DNA of 64,000 nucleotides from Nemertoderma westbladi (Eukaryota > Animalia > Xenacoelomorpha): contig JAUCBJ010001142.1 in NCBI GenBank assembly GCA_032718475.1, positions 62,001 to 126,000 of the forward strand. Direction: 5' to 3'. This document shows, piece by piece, positions 52,242 to 64,000 of this stretch; the stretch's first letter is position 1; the number at the start of each line of letters is the position of its first letter. The notes beneath the pieces are model-generated. The model was given only the letters and a program-made list of their open reading frames with translations, searched no databases and was not told the origin of the DNA. The translations under genes were made by a program, and so were the position numbers.

Positions 52242-52421
52242 ATGATAGAAAATCTAGTAATCCAGATGGCGCAGAGAGGACAAATCTCATCAAAACTCAA
52301 TGAAAGCGCTCTAAAAGATTTACTCGAACAAGTCAGCCAACAAACCGTAAAGAAACAAACTAAGGTTGTGTTCGATCGACGCCGAGCCAACTTGGACAGC
52401 GATGATAGCGACGATTATTAG
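52242..52421 (+). CDS. PDCD5: C-terminal half of programmed cell death protein 5 (5' half not found in window)
   Basis: MIENLVIQMAQRGQISSKLNESALKDLLEQVSQQTVKKQTKVVFDRRRANLDSDDSDDY* closely parallels the metazoan PDCD5 C-terminus (VENYLIQMARYGQL..VKFNRRKVMDSDEDDDY). Confidence 0.88.
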   Translation: MIENLVIQMAQRGQISSKLNESALKDLLEQVSQQTVKKQTKVVFDRRRANLDSDDSDDY

Positions 52422-52502
52422 ATCGACTACCGGTACCGACTAGGCCTATTATACTTTATTCAATTCATTTATATTGACCTTACCGGTAGTCCAGTAGTCT
52501 TT

Positions 52503-52986
52503 GCATCATATCCGGAATATAGTGTTGTAATTCAGGTACACGCCCCCACCCTCCACCCCCAAATTTGTATGTAAATCATCATGCTATAATGAGATAAATT
52601 CCATGATATTTGAAACAGAGATAGTTTCACCTCCCCCTACTGGCCTTGGGTGAGCCAGAATTTTAATGTTTGCTTGAAATCGTTTAGCTACAAGCTTTTG
52701 CTAATCAATGGAAAGATGGCAATGCGAGGATTCAAAATATGTAACACAAAAAATAGGTATTGCTGAATATGGGTATTTGAAAGTTGCATGTTTGATATCT
52801 GCGAAAGAAAGTTTTATTCAATAAAAAAAATGCACATAATTCTTAGTCACCAAGTAAGGAGGAGGGAGGTGAAACCTCTTTATTAAGATTCATATAATTT
52901 TTAGAATATTTTTGTGGGAGGGAGGAGGGGGGGGGGGGGGGTGAACCGAATTATAACACTTGATTATCATTCCGAGAGATGGTGTA
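52503..52986. mobile_element. Older, shortened copy of the 36618-38317 MITE family
   Basis: Shares GGAATATAGTGT, TTTGAAACAGAGATAGTTTCACCTCC, GGGTGAGCCAGAATTTTA, AAGGAGGAGGGAGGTGAAAC and ends ATGGTGTA. Confidence 0.75.
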
Positions 52987-53298
52987 ATTAAGCATATTAA
53001 ATCATTGTAAGTTTATAATTTTCAATAGTGGCTATAGACTATTTCTGTATTATTATTTACCGATAAAACAGAAATGATCCTTTTTAACCTGCTGCGAAGT
53101 GTCCGCCATTGTATTCTATTGGTTTCCGTATATTAAGTGATGTGTGATATTCTAGAAGTCTTACAGTTTAATTATATTTTATAATCTTTGTACTCGATTA
53201 TTTCGTTTTGGATATTCGCAATCTACTGTTAATGTTCTTCCATGATTGTTTTAGAATTTCCTTCTCACTTATGTTTTAAGGTAATAATTTTTATTATT

Positions 53299-53431
53299 TA
53301 TTACATGGGAAAAAAGTTATAACTTTTTCGCTCGCTATTCTCGATGCATTTTATTTACCAAGCGCCAGCGAGGTTAATAAAGGGTCGCGAGAATATTGAA
53401 AAAATGTTCTCAGTTTTTTTCCCATGTAATA
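53299..53431. repeat. Short palindromic element end
   Basis: TATTACATGGGAAAAAA ... TTTTTTCCCATGTAATA inverted pair, adjacent to the 1480-1910 family copy. Confidence 0.65.
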
Positions 53432-54115
53432 CGTAATTTTATTCTTAAATTGGCACTTTTTTGTTGCTCAATTCTTTAATAAAACGATACAGCGATATAG
53501 TGGTACAAAATAAATTGAAGCTGCAGTATTTTACTATATTGCTTCCATAGTTACTGCAATTCATATTATTGTAGTATTCAACTCCTGATGCTGCCTTACT
53601 CAATGTTAAATAATTTAGTGTTCTCGAATATTTATTAAGTAACTAGAGAGCCGCTTAACTAACCATAAACCAATATTGGATATTGAGTTTCGATTTTGAG
53701 TTCGCCGGGCAGACACTAAAGTTCAGTGTGTGAATGGATTTTGCTCAATTTACTTGCACACCTTTTCTACGAGGTGCTCTTTCAATATATTTAATAAAAT
53801 ATAAGAAATTCTTCAAAAATATTTAATTTCACTTTTTTTCGCCGGGAAAATTAAAATCAATGCAATCCTACTTTGCTAAGTTCAAAAGTAGTATTAGCAA
53901 CATTCACCAGTCTATGCTAAAGCACACCGCTTTATCACATCGCTAAAACAGCACGTACTCATTTTGGGATTTGTTTCTAGTTGGCATTGGAAACGGAAAC
54001 CTCAACCTCAGGTATTGGTCTGTCTCTGCCAACCGAACCACTGAGCGATGGCCTAGGTCCATCAGACGCCATTATGATATTTATAGAAATAGTTTTATAC
54101 AGAAATAAACAAGCG

Positions 54116-57100
54116 ATACACAGCAGTGTGTTGTACCTAATGCATTGCCTACAACTACAATACACAGCAGTTTGTTGTACCTAATGCATTGCCTACAATA
54201 CACAGCAGTTTGTTGTACCTAATGCATTGCCTACAATACACAGCAGTTTGTTGTACCTAATGCATTGCCTACAACTACAATACACAGCAGTTTGTTGTAC
54301 CTAATGCATTGCCTACAACTACAATACACAGCAGTTTGTTGTACCTAATGCATTGCTTACAACTACAATACACAGCAGTTTGTTGTACCTAATGCATTGC
54401 TTACAACTACAATACACAGCAGTTTGTTGTACCTAATGCATTGCAATACACATCAGTTTGTTGTACCTAATGCATTGCAATACACAGCAGTTTGTTGTAC
54501 CTAATGCATTGCAATACACATCAGTTTGTTGTACCTAATGCATTGCCTACAATACACAGCAGTTTGTTGTACCTAATGCATTGCTTACAACTACAATACA
54601 CAGCAGTTTGTTGTACCTAATGCATTGCCTACAACTACAATACACAGCAGTTTGTTGTACCTAATGCATTGCCTACAATACACAGCAGTTTGTTGTACCT
54701 AATGCATTGCAATACACATCAGTTTGTTGTACCTAATGCATTGCAATACACAGCAGTTTGTTGTACCTAATGCATTGCTTACAACTACAATACACAGCAG
54801 TTTGTTGTACCTAATGCATTGCCTACAATACACAGCAGTTTGTTGTACCTAATGCATTGCTTACAACTACAATACACAGCAGTTTGTTGTACCTAATGCA
54901 TTGCCTACAACTACAATACACAGCAGTTTGTTGTACCTAATGCATTGCCTACAACTACAATACACAGCAGTTTGTTGTACCTAATGCATTGCTTACAACT
55001 ACAATACACAGCAGTTTGTTGTACCTAATGCATTGCCTACAATACACAGCAGTTTGTTGTACCTAATGCATTGCTTACAACTACAATACACAGCAGTTTG
55101 TTGTACCTAATGCATTGCCTACAACTACAATACACAGCAGTTTGTTGTACCTAATGCATTGCCTACAACTACAATACACAGCAGTTTGTTGTACCTAATG
55201 CATTGCCTACAATACACAGCAGTTTGTTGTACCTAATGCATTGCTTACAACTACAATACACAGCAGTTTGTTGTACCTAATGCATTGCCTACAACTACAA
55301 TACACAGCAGTTTGTTGTACCTAATGCATTGCCCTACAATACACAGCAGTTTGTTGTACCTAATGCATTGCTTACAACTACAATACACAGCAGTTTGTTG
55401 TACCTAATGCATTGCCTACAACTACAATACACAGCAGTTTGTTGTACCTAATGCATTGCCTACAATACACAGCAGTTTGTTGTACCTAATGCATTGCCTA
55501 CAACTACAATACACAGCAGTTTGTTGTACCTAATGCATTGCCTACAATACACAGCAGTTTGTTGTACCTAATGCATTGCTTACAACTACAATACACAGCA
55601 GTTTGTTGTACCTAATGCATTGCTTACAACTACAATACACAGCAGTTTGTTGTACCTAATGCATTGCCTACAATACACAGCAGTTTGTTTACCTTATGCA
55701 TTGCCTACAACTACAATACACATCAGTTTGTTGTACCTAATGCATTGCCTACAACTACAATACACAGCAGTTTGTTGTACCTAATGCATTGCCTACAATA
55801 CACAGCAGTTTGTTGTACCTAATGCATTGCTTACAACTACAATACACAGCAGTTTGTTGTACCTAATGCATTGCCTACAACTACAATACACAGCAGTTTG
55901 TTGTACCTAATGCATTGCCTACAACTACAATACACAGCAGTTTGTTGTACCTAATGCATTGCCTACAATACACAGCAGTTTGTTGTACCTAATGCATTGC
56001 CTACAATACACAGCAGTTTGTTGTACCTAATGCATTGCCTACAATACACAGCAGTTTGTTGTACCTAATGCATTGCCTACAACTACAATACACAGCAGTT
56101 TGTTGTACCTAATGCATTGCCTACAACTACAATACACAGCAGTTTGTTGTACCTAATGCATTGCCTACAATACACAGCAGTTTGTTGTACCTAATGCATT
56201 GCCTACAATACACAGCAGTTTGTTGTACCTAATGCATTGCCTACAATACACAGCAGTTTGTTGTACCTAATGCATTGCCTACAACTACAATACACAGCAG
56301 TTTGTTGTACCTAATGCATTGCCTACAACTACAATACACAGCAGTTTGTTGTACCTAATGCATTGCCTACAATACACAGCAGTTTGTTGTACCTAATGCA
56401 TTGCCTACAATACACAGCAGTTTGTTGTACCTAATGCATTGCAATACACATCAGTTTGTTGTACCTAATGCATTGCCTACAATACACAGCAGTTTGTTGT
56501 ACCTAATGCATTGTAATACACATCAGTTTGTTGTACCTAATGCATTGCCTACAATACACAGCAGTTTGTTGTACCTAATGCATTGCTTACAACTACAATA
56601 CACAGCAGTTTGTTGTACCTAATGCATTGCCTACAACTACAATACACAGCAGTTTGTTGTACCTAATGCATTGCCTACAACTACAATACACAGCAGTTTG
56701 TTGTACCTAATGCATTGCCTACAATACACAGCAGTTTGTTGTACCTAATGCATTGCCTACAACGACAATACACAGCAGTTTGTTGTACCTAATGCATTGC
56801 CTACAATACACAGCAGTTTGTTGTACCTAATGCATTGCCTACAACTACAATACACAGCAGTTTGTTGTACCTAATGCATTGCCTACAACTACAATACACA
56901 GCAGTTTGTTGTACCTAATGCATTGCCTACAATACACAGCAGTTTGTTGTACCTAATGCATTGCCTACAACTACAATACACAGCAGTTTGTTGTACCTAA
57001 TGCATTGCCTACAACTACAATACACAGCAGTTTGTTGTACCTAATGCATTGCCTACAATACACAGCAGTTTGTTGTACCTAATGCATTGCCTACAACGAC

Positions 57101-59291
57101 AATACACAGCAGTTTGTTGTACCTAATGTATTGCCTACAACTACAATACACAGCAGTTTGTTGTACCTAATGCATTGCCTACAATACACAGCAGTTTGTT
57201 GTACCTAATGCATTGCAATACACAGCAGTTTGTTGTACCTAATGCATTGCAATACACAGCAGTTTGTTGTACTCAATGCATTGCAATACACAGCAGTTTC
57301 TTGTACCTAATGCATTGCCTACAATACACAGCAGTTTGTTGTACCTAATGCATTGCCTACAATACACATCAGTTTGTTGTACCTAATGCATTGCCTAAAA
57401 TACACAGCAGTTTGTTGTACCTAATGCATTGCCTACAACTACAATACACAGCAGTTTGTTGTACCTAATGCATTGCAATACACATCAGTTTGTTGTACCT
57501 AATGCATTGCAATACACAGCAGTTTGTTGTACCTAATGCATTGCCCAATACACAGCAGTTTGTTGTACCCAATGCATTGTCAATACACAGCAGTTTCTTG
57601 TACCTAATGCATTGCCTACAATACACAGCAGTTTGTTGTACCTAATGCATTGCCTACAATACACAGCAGTTTGTTGTACCTAATGCATTGCCTACAATAC
57701 ACAGCAGTTTGTTGTACCTAATGCATTGCAATACACAGCAGTTTGTTGTACCTAATGCATTGCCTACAATACACAGCAGTTTGTTGTACCTAATGCATTG
57801 CAATACACAGCAGTTTCTTGTACCTAATGCATTGCCTACAATACACAGCAGTTTGTTGTACCTAATGCATTGCCTAAAATACACAGCAGTTTGTTGTACC
57901 TAATGCATTGCCTAAAATACACAGCAGTTTGTTGTACCTAATGCATTGCCTACAATACACAGCAGTTTGTTGTACCTAATGCATTGCAATACACAGCAGT
58001 TTCTTGTACCTAATGCATTGCCTACAATACACAGCAGTTTGTTGTACCTAATGCATTGCCTAAAATACACAGCAGTTTGTTGTACCTAATGCATTGCCTA
58101 CAATACACAGCAGTTTGTTGTACCTAATGCATTGCAATACACAGCAGTTTCTTGTACCTAATGCATTGCCTACAATACACAGCAGTTTGTTGTACCTAAT
58201 GCATTGCCTAAAATACACAGCAGTTTGTTGTACCTAATGCATTGCCTACAATACACAGCAGTTTGTTGTACCTAATGCATTGCAATACACAGCAGTTTCT
58301 TGTACCTAATGCATTGCCTACAATACACAGCAGTTTCTTGTACCTAATGCATTGCCTACAATACACAGCAGTTTGTTGTACCTAATGCATTGCAATACAC
58401 AGCAGTTTGTTGTACCTAATGCATTGCCTACAATACACAGCAGTTTGTTGTACCTAATGCATTGCAATACACAGCAGTTTGTTGTACCTAATGCATTGCC
58501 TACAATACACAGCAGTTTGTTGTACCTAATGCATTGCCTACAATACACAGCAGTTTGTTGTACCTAATGCATTGCCTACAATACACAGCAGTTTGTTGTA
58601 CCTAATGCATTGCCTACAACTACAATACACAGCAGTTTGTTGTACCTAATGCATTGCAATACACATCAGTTTGTTGTACCTAATGCATTGCAATACACAG
58701 CAGTTTGTTGTACCTAATGCATTGCAATACACAGCAGTTTGTTGTACCCAATGCATTGCAATACACAGCAGTTTCTTGTACCTAATGCATTGCCTACAAT
58801 ACACAGCAGTTTGTTGTACCTAATGCATTGCAATACACAGCAGTTTGTTGTACCTAATGCATTGCCTACAATACACAGCAGTTTGTTGTACCTAATGCAT
58901 TGCAATACACAGCAGTTTGTTGTACCTAATGCATTGCCTACAATACACAGCAGTTTCTTGTACCTAATGCATTGCAATACACAGCTGTTTGTTGTACCTA
59001 ATGCATTGCAATACACAGCAGTTTGTTGTACCCAATGCATTGCAATACACAGCAGTTTGTTGTACCTAATGCATTGCAATACACAGCAGTTTGTTGTACC
59101 CAATGCATTGCAATACACAGCAGTTTCTTGTACCCAATGCATTGCAATACACAGCAGTTTCTTGTACCCAATGCATTGCAATACACAGCAGTTTCTTGTA
59201 CCTAATGCATTGCAATACACAGCAGTTTCTTGTACCTAATGCATTGTCTACAATACACAGCAGTTTCTTGTACCTAATGCATTGCCTACAA
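54116..59291. repeat. 5.2-kb minisatellite; 34-bp core AATACACAGCAGTTTGTTGTACCTAATGCATTGC with 38- and 44-bp variants
   Basis: Directly visible. Variants add CTAC or CTACAACTAC/TTACAACTAC. All ORFs in this span are repeat artefacts. Confidence 0.97.
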
Positions 59292-59759
59292 TTTACGCTT
59301 TTCAAAATTGGCCCTTATTTGTCTTTGGGCACATTTTTTTTTCTTTTCTAAACAAAAATGGGATTTTCGAAATCCTCTTTCTACAGTAATTGTTTAGAAA
59401 GTTTTCACTGTGAACATTTTGAAAAAAACTAACCATGGCTACTTTGCTGAACAAATGAATATGGGTCGGATTCCTGTAATATTTCAATATGTTATAGTGT
59501 TAGTGTGCGACTTAATTTGTTGCTTGTAATATTTTATATAATTTATTTTTATCTTTAAATTTTGGAGTAAATTGTTGAGTCAGGGTACATTGTCCTTATT
59601 GAAACAATCTTTAGCTTGCGCTGTCAGCTCACAATAATTCGTCTTCACAATGGTAAAATAACGCGAGAAACTGTACCCCGCATGTAACCGTGTAAACCAT
59701 AGACCTTCTGCTCTAAATTATTAATCTGTAACACCGCCCTACGCATCTCTGATTACTCT

Positions 59760-59930
59760 ACTATTCATTCTATAGTCTAGCTTCTTTCAAAACTATGCTT
59801 AAGTCACATTATTTTCTTAAGGCTTTTCCGAACTAATATTATGTAATGTACGTGTAAATGCGCATTAGACCTATTTATTTATAGATAGTGCGCTATATAA
59901 ATTTGGTGTTATTATTATTATTATTATTTA
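59760..59930 (+). mobile_element. 3' end of an L2-type LINE
   Basis: SLASFKTMLKSHYFLKAF, then GCGCTATATAAA and a (TTA)n tail, typical of L2 3' ends. Confidence 0.6.
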
Positions 59931-60770
59931 ATTCACCCAAACAAATAAGTTAAAGCTACCGCAGTATTTCAATTATAAATTACTCCTTCATTTCAAATTA
60001 ACTATTTGTTACATATAAATCAAATAGCGCTTTATTTCCCGTCATCCCGGAAATGTATAATTTGCCGAGCAAGCGTTGGTTTGATTATATATCAACCTAA
60101 CAGAGATGAAGAAAAAGCTATTTCTTCGCTAAAAAAAAGCTACAAATCCGCAATTTATATGGACATTAGAACCTTATCTATATTATGTGTTATACGTAAA
60201 TGTATTAATGTGATATATTTTTTATTGGAGTCTATCCTCGTTACGTACAGTATTACCGCATTATAATGTATTACGCCTGGTTTAGTTAACACTGTTTTCA
60301 AATCAAGTGAATATCTGAATCAGTCAGTCAGTAGACAGTTTCAGTTTCATAATAATAATAATAAAACCCTGTAAAGGAATAAATAATTGTGCCCTTTGCA
60401 CTTTGCAACATGCAATCAATAAGTCTCACTCTCAATATCAGAATATCTTATTGAATACTGTGCTGTACTGTACTTTACATGTTACTATTGTCTTCGATTC
60501 TGGATGCTGATAAATCATATAGGCCTACCGAACTGGATAATGATTCGCGTACTTTGGTGCTCGGATGATGATAGCTCAATCCGGACTCGATACCATTCGA
60601 TACACCGAAGGAAATGTAACACGTTTTGATATTATTAGGCCTACTCCTCAGAAACTGACACTGACACCAGACAGACCTCGCTACCTATATGGTAGTAGAA
60701 CCGGAACTACTGAACTAGTTACCGGTAGAACACACTTTCCATCTACTCACATTCCACCAAATACTGAAAT

Positions 60771-62624
60771 ATGCCTGACATTGCCTCCGATGATGTTGTT
60801 TCCACAAGTAAAGTTTATACAGATTCACAATCTACAATAACACCGGCACCTTTAGGCTTGAGTCTGTTGTTGCAGCCGGAGACAGTAAGGGATAACGGTG
60901 TGAGTAACCAGGTGCTGCTACTCCAAACCGAACTAAATGCAATGAAACCGCCTCCCTTGCGGAAACAGATTAGTATGGATCAAATGATTCTGTTAGATAA
61001 ACCGCCACAACGATTGCGTCACCACGGGCGGTCGCGGTCCGACGCTACCGGTATGTCTGCGACCGAACGACGCCATCTACTGGCGATCCACGCAGCCGGT
61101 AAGTCGATACACTCCAGCATAGAGGAGGACTTGAACTCCAGTCTGGGGCAGTACGGCGGCCAATGTTCCAGCCCCTTCTCTAAACCGCTACAAGGCCAAT
61201 CCTTGAAGGATTACCTCTCCAATCAGGACTTCTCTACCTGTACCGAGTTGGACAGAGAGAACGCGCACTTCGTTATTAGCGAAGCGTTAATGGCCGCTAT
61301 AGAGACGATGAAGTGCAACTACGGAAGGAGTTTAATCCGTTACGATGACGGGAGATCTTCCGACGACGAGGAAGTAACTTCGCACGGTCGTCGGAGGAAC
61401 CCCCGACGTAGAGCCACGAGAGACACGAGCGTGGCGGAGGTGAGCAGCCCCCAGCGCTCGTCCGGAGACAGCTACTGCAGCAACGAGTTGAGTATCTCGT
61501 CGGACAACCTGCTGGGGACCCCCCAGGGTTCCCTCGTGCCGCCAACGGAGTCGGCCCCCTTCACCTCCGCGGAATCCGTCGCTCTCAACCTCCTCAAGAG
61601 CTTCTCGGAGACGCAACTGCCCCGAGCCGACGAACTGGATTGGCTGATCCCAGAGGGGGCGGTCCCCCAACAGCTGCTGCCCCTCCCGGACAGCGTGGCC
61701 GTGTCGGACACCCCCCCGGCTACGGGGGGCAGCCCGTCCCCCTGCGGGGGGGCCAACCGTCTGCGCGGCAACGCGGACTGGGCTCCGCCCCGCCCCCAAA
61801 TAATCTTCCAGATCCACTCGCGAGCGAAACCCGCCGAGTTGCTCCTGCGACAAGGCCAGCGCTGCGCCGGCTGCGGCTCCATCGTCCACCCCAAGTACAT
61901 CAAACGCCTCAGATATTGCGAGTACCTAGGCAGACTCTTCTGCTTCTGCTGCCACGCGAACCGGACTTCCACGGTCCCCTCCCACGTCCTACACCGCTGG
62001 GATTTCGCAGAATTCCCGGTATCCAACTTCTCTTACGATCTTCTCTCCCGGATCCACGCCGATCCCATATTCGATATCAGCTGTTGGAACGGCGAGCTCT
62101 ACAGCAAAGTCAAACCGATGGCCGGTATGTTGCGATACCGGAAGCAGCTCTACATCCTAAAGGACTACATCCTAACGTGCCGTTACGCTAAAGGCTTGCA
62201 CCTCTCGTACACGGAGCTGCCCGCCCATCTGCTCTCCACCAACTACCACGTGTACTCGCTGCGGTGTCTGCTGGGCGTCCGCTCGGGGGTCCTCAACCAC
62301 GTGTGTCGGGAGTTGGTCCGTCTCTCGGTCGCCCACGTTAAGGTCTGCTCGCTGTGTCGGACCCGCGGGTTCATCTGCGAGCTCTGCGACAACGAGGACT
62401 CGCTGGTCTACCCGTTCCACTTGGATCGCTCCCGGCAGTGCCCCGATTGCGGCTCCTGTTTCCATAAGAAGTGTTTCGTTAAGGCGGACGCCGGCTGTCC
62501 GAGGTGCGTCCGGTTGGAGAGCAGACGGCGTCGGACAGGCAGCGTCGTATCCTTTACCGAACCGGAAACTATTCCGTCCAGTGATACCGAAGTCTCTGAT
62601 CTTCCTAATAATAGTGAAGTTTAA
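60771..62624 (+). CDS. RUBCN: Rubicon-family autophagy regulator (PI3K-binding region plus Cys-rich Rubicon-homology domain), single ORF, no RUN domain seen
   Basis: ELDRENAHFVISEALMAAIETMKCN, SAESVALNLLKSF..LPRADELDWLI..VPQQLLPLP, RLRGNADWAPPRPQIIF, and RH domain CAGCG..RYCEYLGRLFCFCCH..GFICELC..CFHKKC..CPRC. Confidence 0.92.
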   Translation: MPDIASDDVVSTSKVYTDSQSTITPAPLGLSLLLQPETVRDNGVSNQVLLLQTELNAMKPPPLRKQISMDQMILLDKPPQRLRHHGRSRSDATGMSATERRHLLAIHAAGKSIHSSIEEDLNSSLGQYGGQCSSPFSKPLQGQSLKDYLSNQDFSTCTELDRENAHFVISEALMAAIETMKCNYGRSLIRYDDGRSSDDEEVTSHGRRRNPRRRATRDTSVAEVSSPQRSSGDSYCSNELSISSDNLLGTPQGSLVPPTESAPFTSAESVALNLLKSFSETQLPRADELDWLIPEGAVPQQLLPLPDSVAVSDTPPATGGSPSPCGGANRLRGNADWAPPRPQIIFQIHSRAKPAELLLRQGQRCAGCGSIVHPKYIKRLRYCEYLGRLFCFCCHANRTSTVPSHVLHRWDFAEFPVSNFSYDLLSRIHADPIFDISCWNGELYSKVKPMAGMLRYRKQLYILKDYILTCRYAKGLHLSYTELPAHLLSTNYHVYSLRCLLGVRSGVLNHVCRELVRLSVAHVKVCSLCRTRGFICELCDNEDSLVYPFHLDRSRQCPDCGSCFHKKCFVKADAGCPRCVRLESRRRRTGSVVSFTEPETIPSSDTEVSDLPNNSEV

Positions 62625-64000
62625 GTAATTTAATCTAATATTCATTCGTTTAACTAAATTATCCATCTGTAACTAAATAATTATATTCTATAATATTTCG
62701 TTAGATTGAGTTTCTCCTCTTATTTCAGTTATTTTTATAATATTTAATATAAACTTTGTTTTATCCTGTAAATCCAGAATAGCCGATTAAATTGTAGAAT
62801 TATCTCTATGTACCATAGCACCATAATTATTACGTGTTTATATCAATTTATTAATCTATTTTTATAATAAATATTATAAATTAATTTTTCTCTTGTAAAT
62901 ATTTAGTTCTATAGAATATAAACAAACTAATTGATTTAATTAACGAATTGGATCTGGTCTTTATTTTCCTCAGTGCAGTGCCAAGTTAGTTGGGATAAAA
63001 CTTTTAGTTCTCCAAATATTTACTAAATGTGCCTTTTATACAATGTTCTAATGGCGTGGAATCGGTGGAATCATTATTATGTAATAATGAACAACTTTTT
63101 AAAACGTTACCACCATTTACTTGCGAGGGTAAATGTGTAAGTGATTAAACACAATAAATTCGATTGATTTTGTAATTTCTGAAACAACTTTCACCTCATA
63201 AATCGAGTTTCTATACGACGGACTATTTTGTTCCATTATTTATAAGTACATTTTATCGATGTATTATTGTTGTAAAAATATACCATAGGATTGGCTTGAC
63301 ATTTAAGTGTTAATTTAATTTATAAGACCATATTTTTTCGACTGCATTACTTATGTAAAGCAATAAATACTCGAGTTTCATTCAAAGTAACATTTTATTT
63401 ATTTTTAATTCTTCAGTGTCATTACGTGTTATTTAAGTTTTAATAAGTAATTCATAAATAATGAATAACTGTACCGAATGTCCACTATTTCTCGGGCCAT
63501 ATTCAGACCCACCTACCTCAAGTTATTTATTATATATATATATATCGGGAGGAGTTAGTTGTAACCGTACTCGCGAGCATATCTGTGAGTAAATCAACTC
63601 TAGAATCGTGAGCGCGGTTTACGGCAGCAGCAAGATTGGGGATTGTTAGAAGACTTAGACAAGCCAGTTGTATTCGGTGGCTTGCGAGCAATGTGCTGCT
63701 AATACGAGCAACCTGTCCTACACCAACCGACCTAAAATTTTACAATTTAAATTACAATTTCAATCCATTTCAATTTTTATTACGACTATAAAGACCCTAT
63801 TGGAGGATGTTTACTTCCAAGAGTGGTAAACGTTTTCGAGAAACAGAGTGTGAAGAGTTTAATTCGCAATGATATTAACACTGTAACTTTTATTATAGAT
63901 CATTCGAGAAACGCGATCGTCTAAGGATTCACGTGTTACATGTCCACGAGAAACACAGACCCCATCACTGCACTATCTGCAACAAAAGGTTCAGCCAGTC

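Noticed and set aside
52242-52293. N-terminus MMRFVLSAPSGLLDFL of the 626-aa helicase ORF as a real start or a true overlapping gene
   Set aside because: It is the antisense of the PDCD5 coding sequence; the helicase gene is truncated here.
54116-59291. CRISPR-like appearance (34-bp repeat with internal palindrome) and Cys-rich ORFs
   Set aside because: Linkers are only 0-10 bp and not unique, there are no cas genes, and the context is eukaryotic. The ORFs are repeat translations.
61297-62666. Antisense and alternative-frame ORFs over Rubicon
   Set aside because: Shadow ORFs of GC-rich coding DNA.
63515-63735. ~70-codon open minus-strand frame after a TTTTAG acceptor-like site
   Set aside because: No recognisable homology and close to the window edge; cannot support it as an exon.

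Overview
AT-rich, repeat-dense eukaryotic (invertebrate metazoan-type) DNA; not prokaryotic. Host genes: a 2-exon basigin/neuroplastin-family Ig membrane protein (-), a single-exon ashwin (+), the 3' half of PDCD5 (+) and a single-ORF Rubicon-family protein with no RUN domain (+). Mobile DNA dominates. It includes a near-intact BEL/Pao LTR retrotransposon (316-bp LTRs with 2 mismatches, 5-bp TSD, one in-frame stop), three nested hAT-type MITEs with intact TSDs, a MULE-type MITE (9-bp TSD), a TA-flanked long-TIR MITE interrupted by an RLE-LINE 3' end (14-bp TSD), RTE/CR1/L2 fragments, a HINE/DINE-like element whose 315-bp tandem repeat carries ten co-oriented CTCF-like motifs, and a 5.2-kb minisatellite. 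The most unusual region is 39.9-52.4 kb: a 5'-truncated Pif1-family helicase joined by one frameshift to an SLX1-like GIY-YIG nuclease domain, a co-oriented spliced Cys-cluster orphan gene about 8.5 kb downstream, and an abrupt junction with the PDCD5 fragment. This may be the remnant of a poorly described large Helitron-like element. All calls come from reading the sequence by eye; no searches were run.
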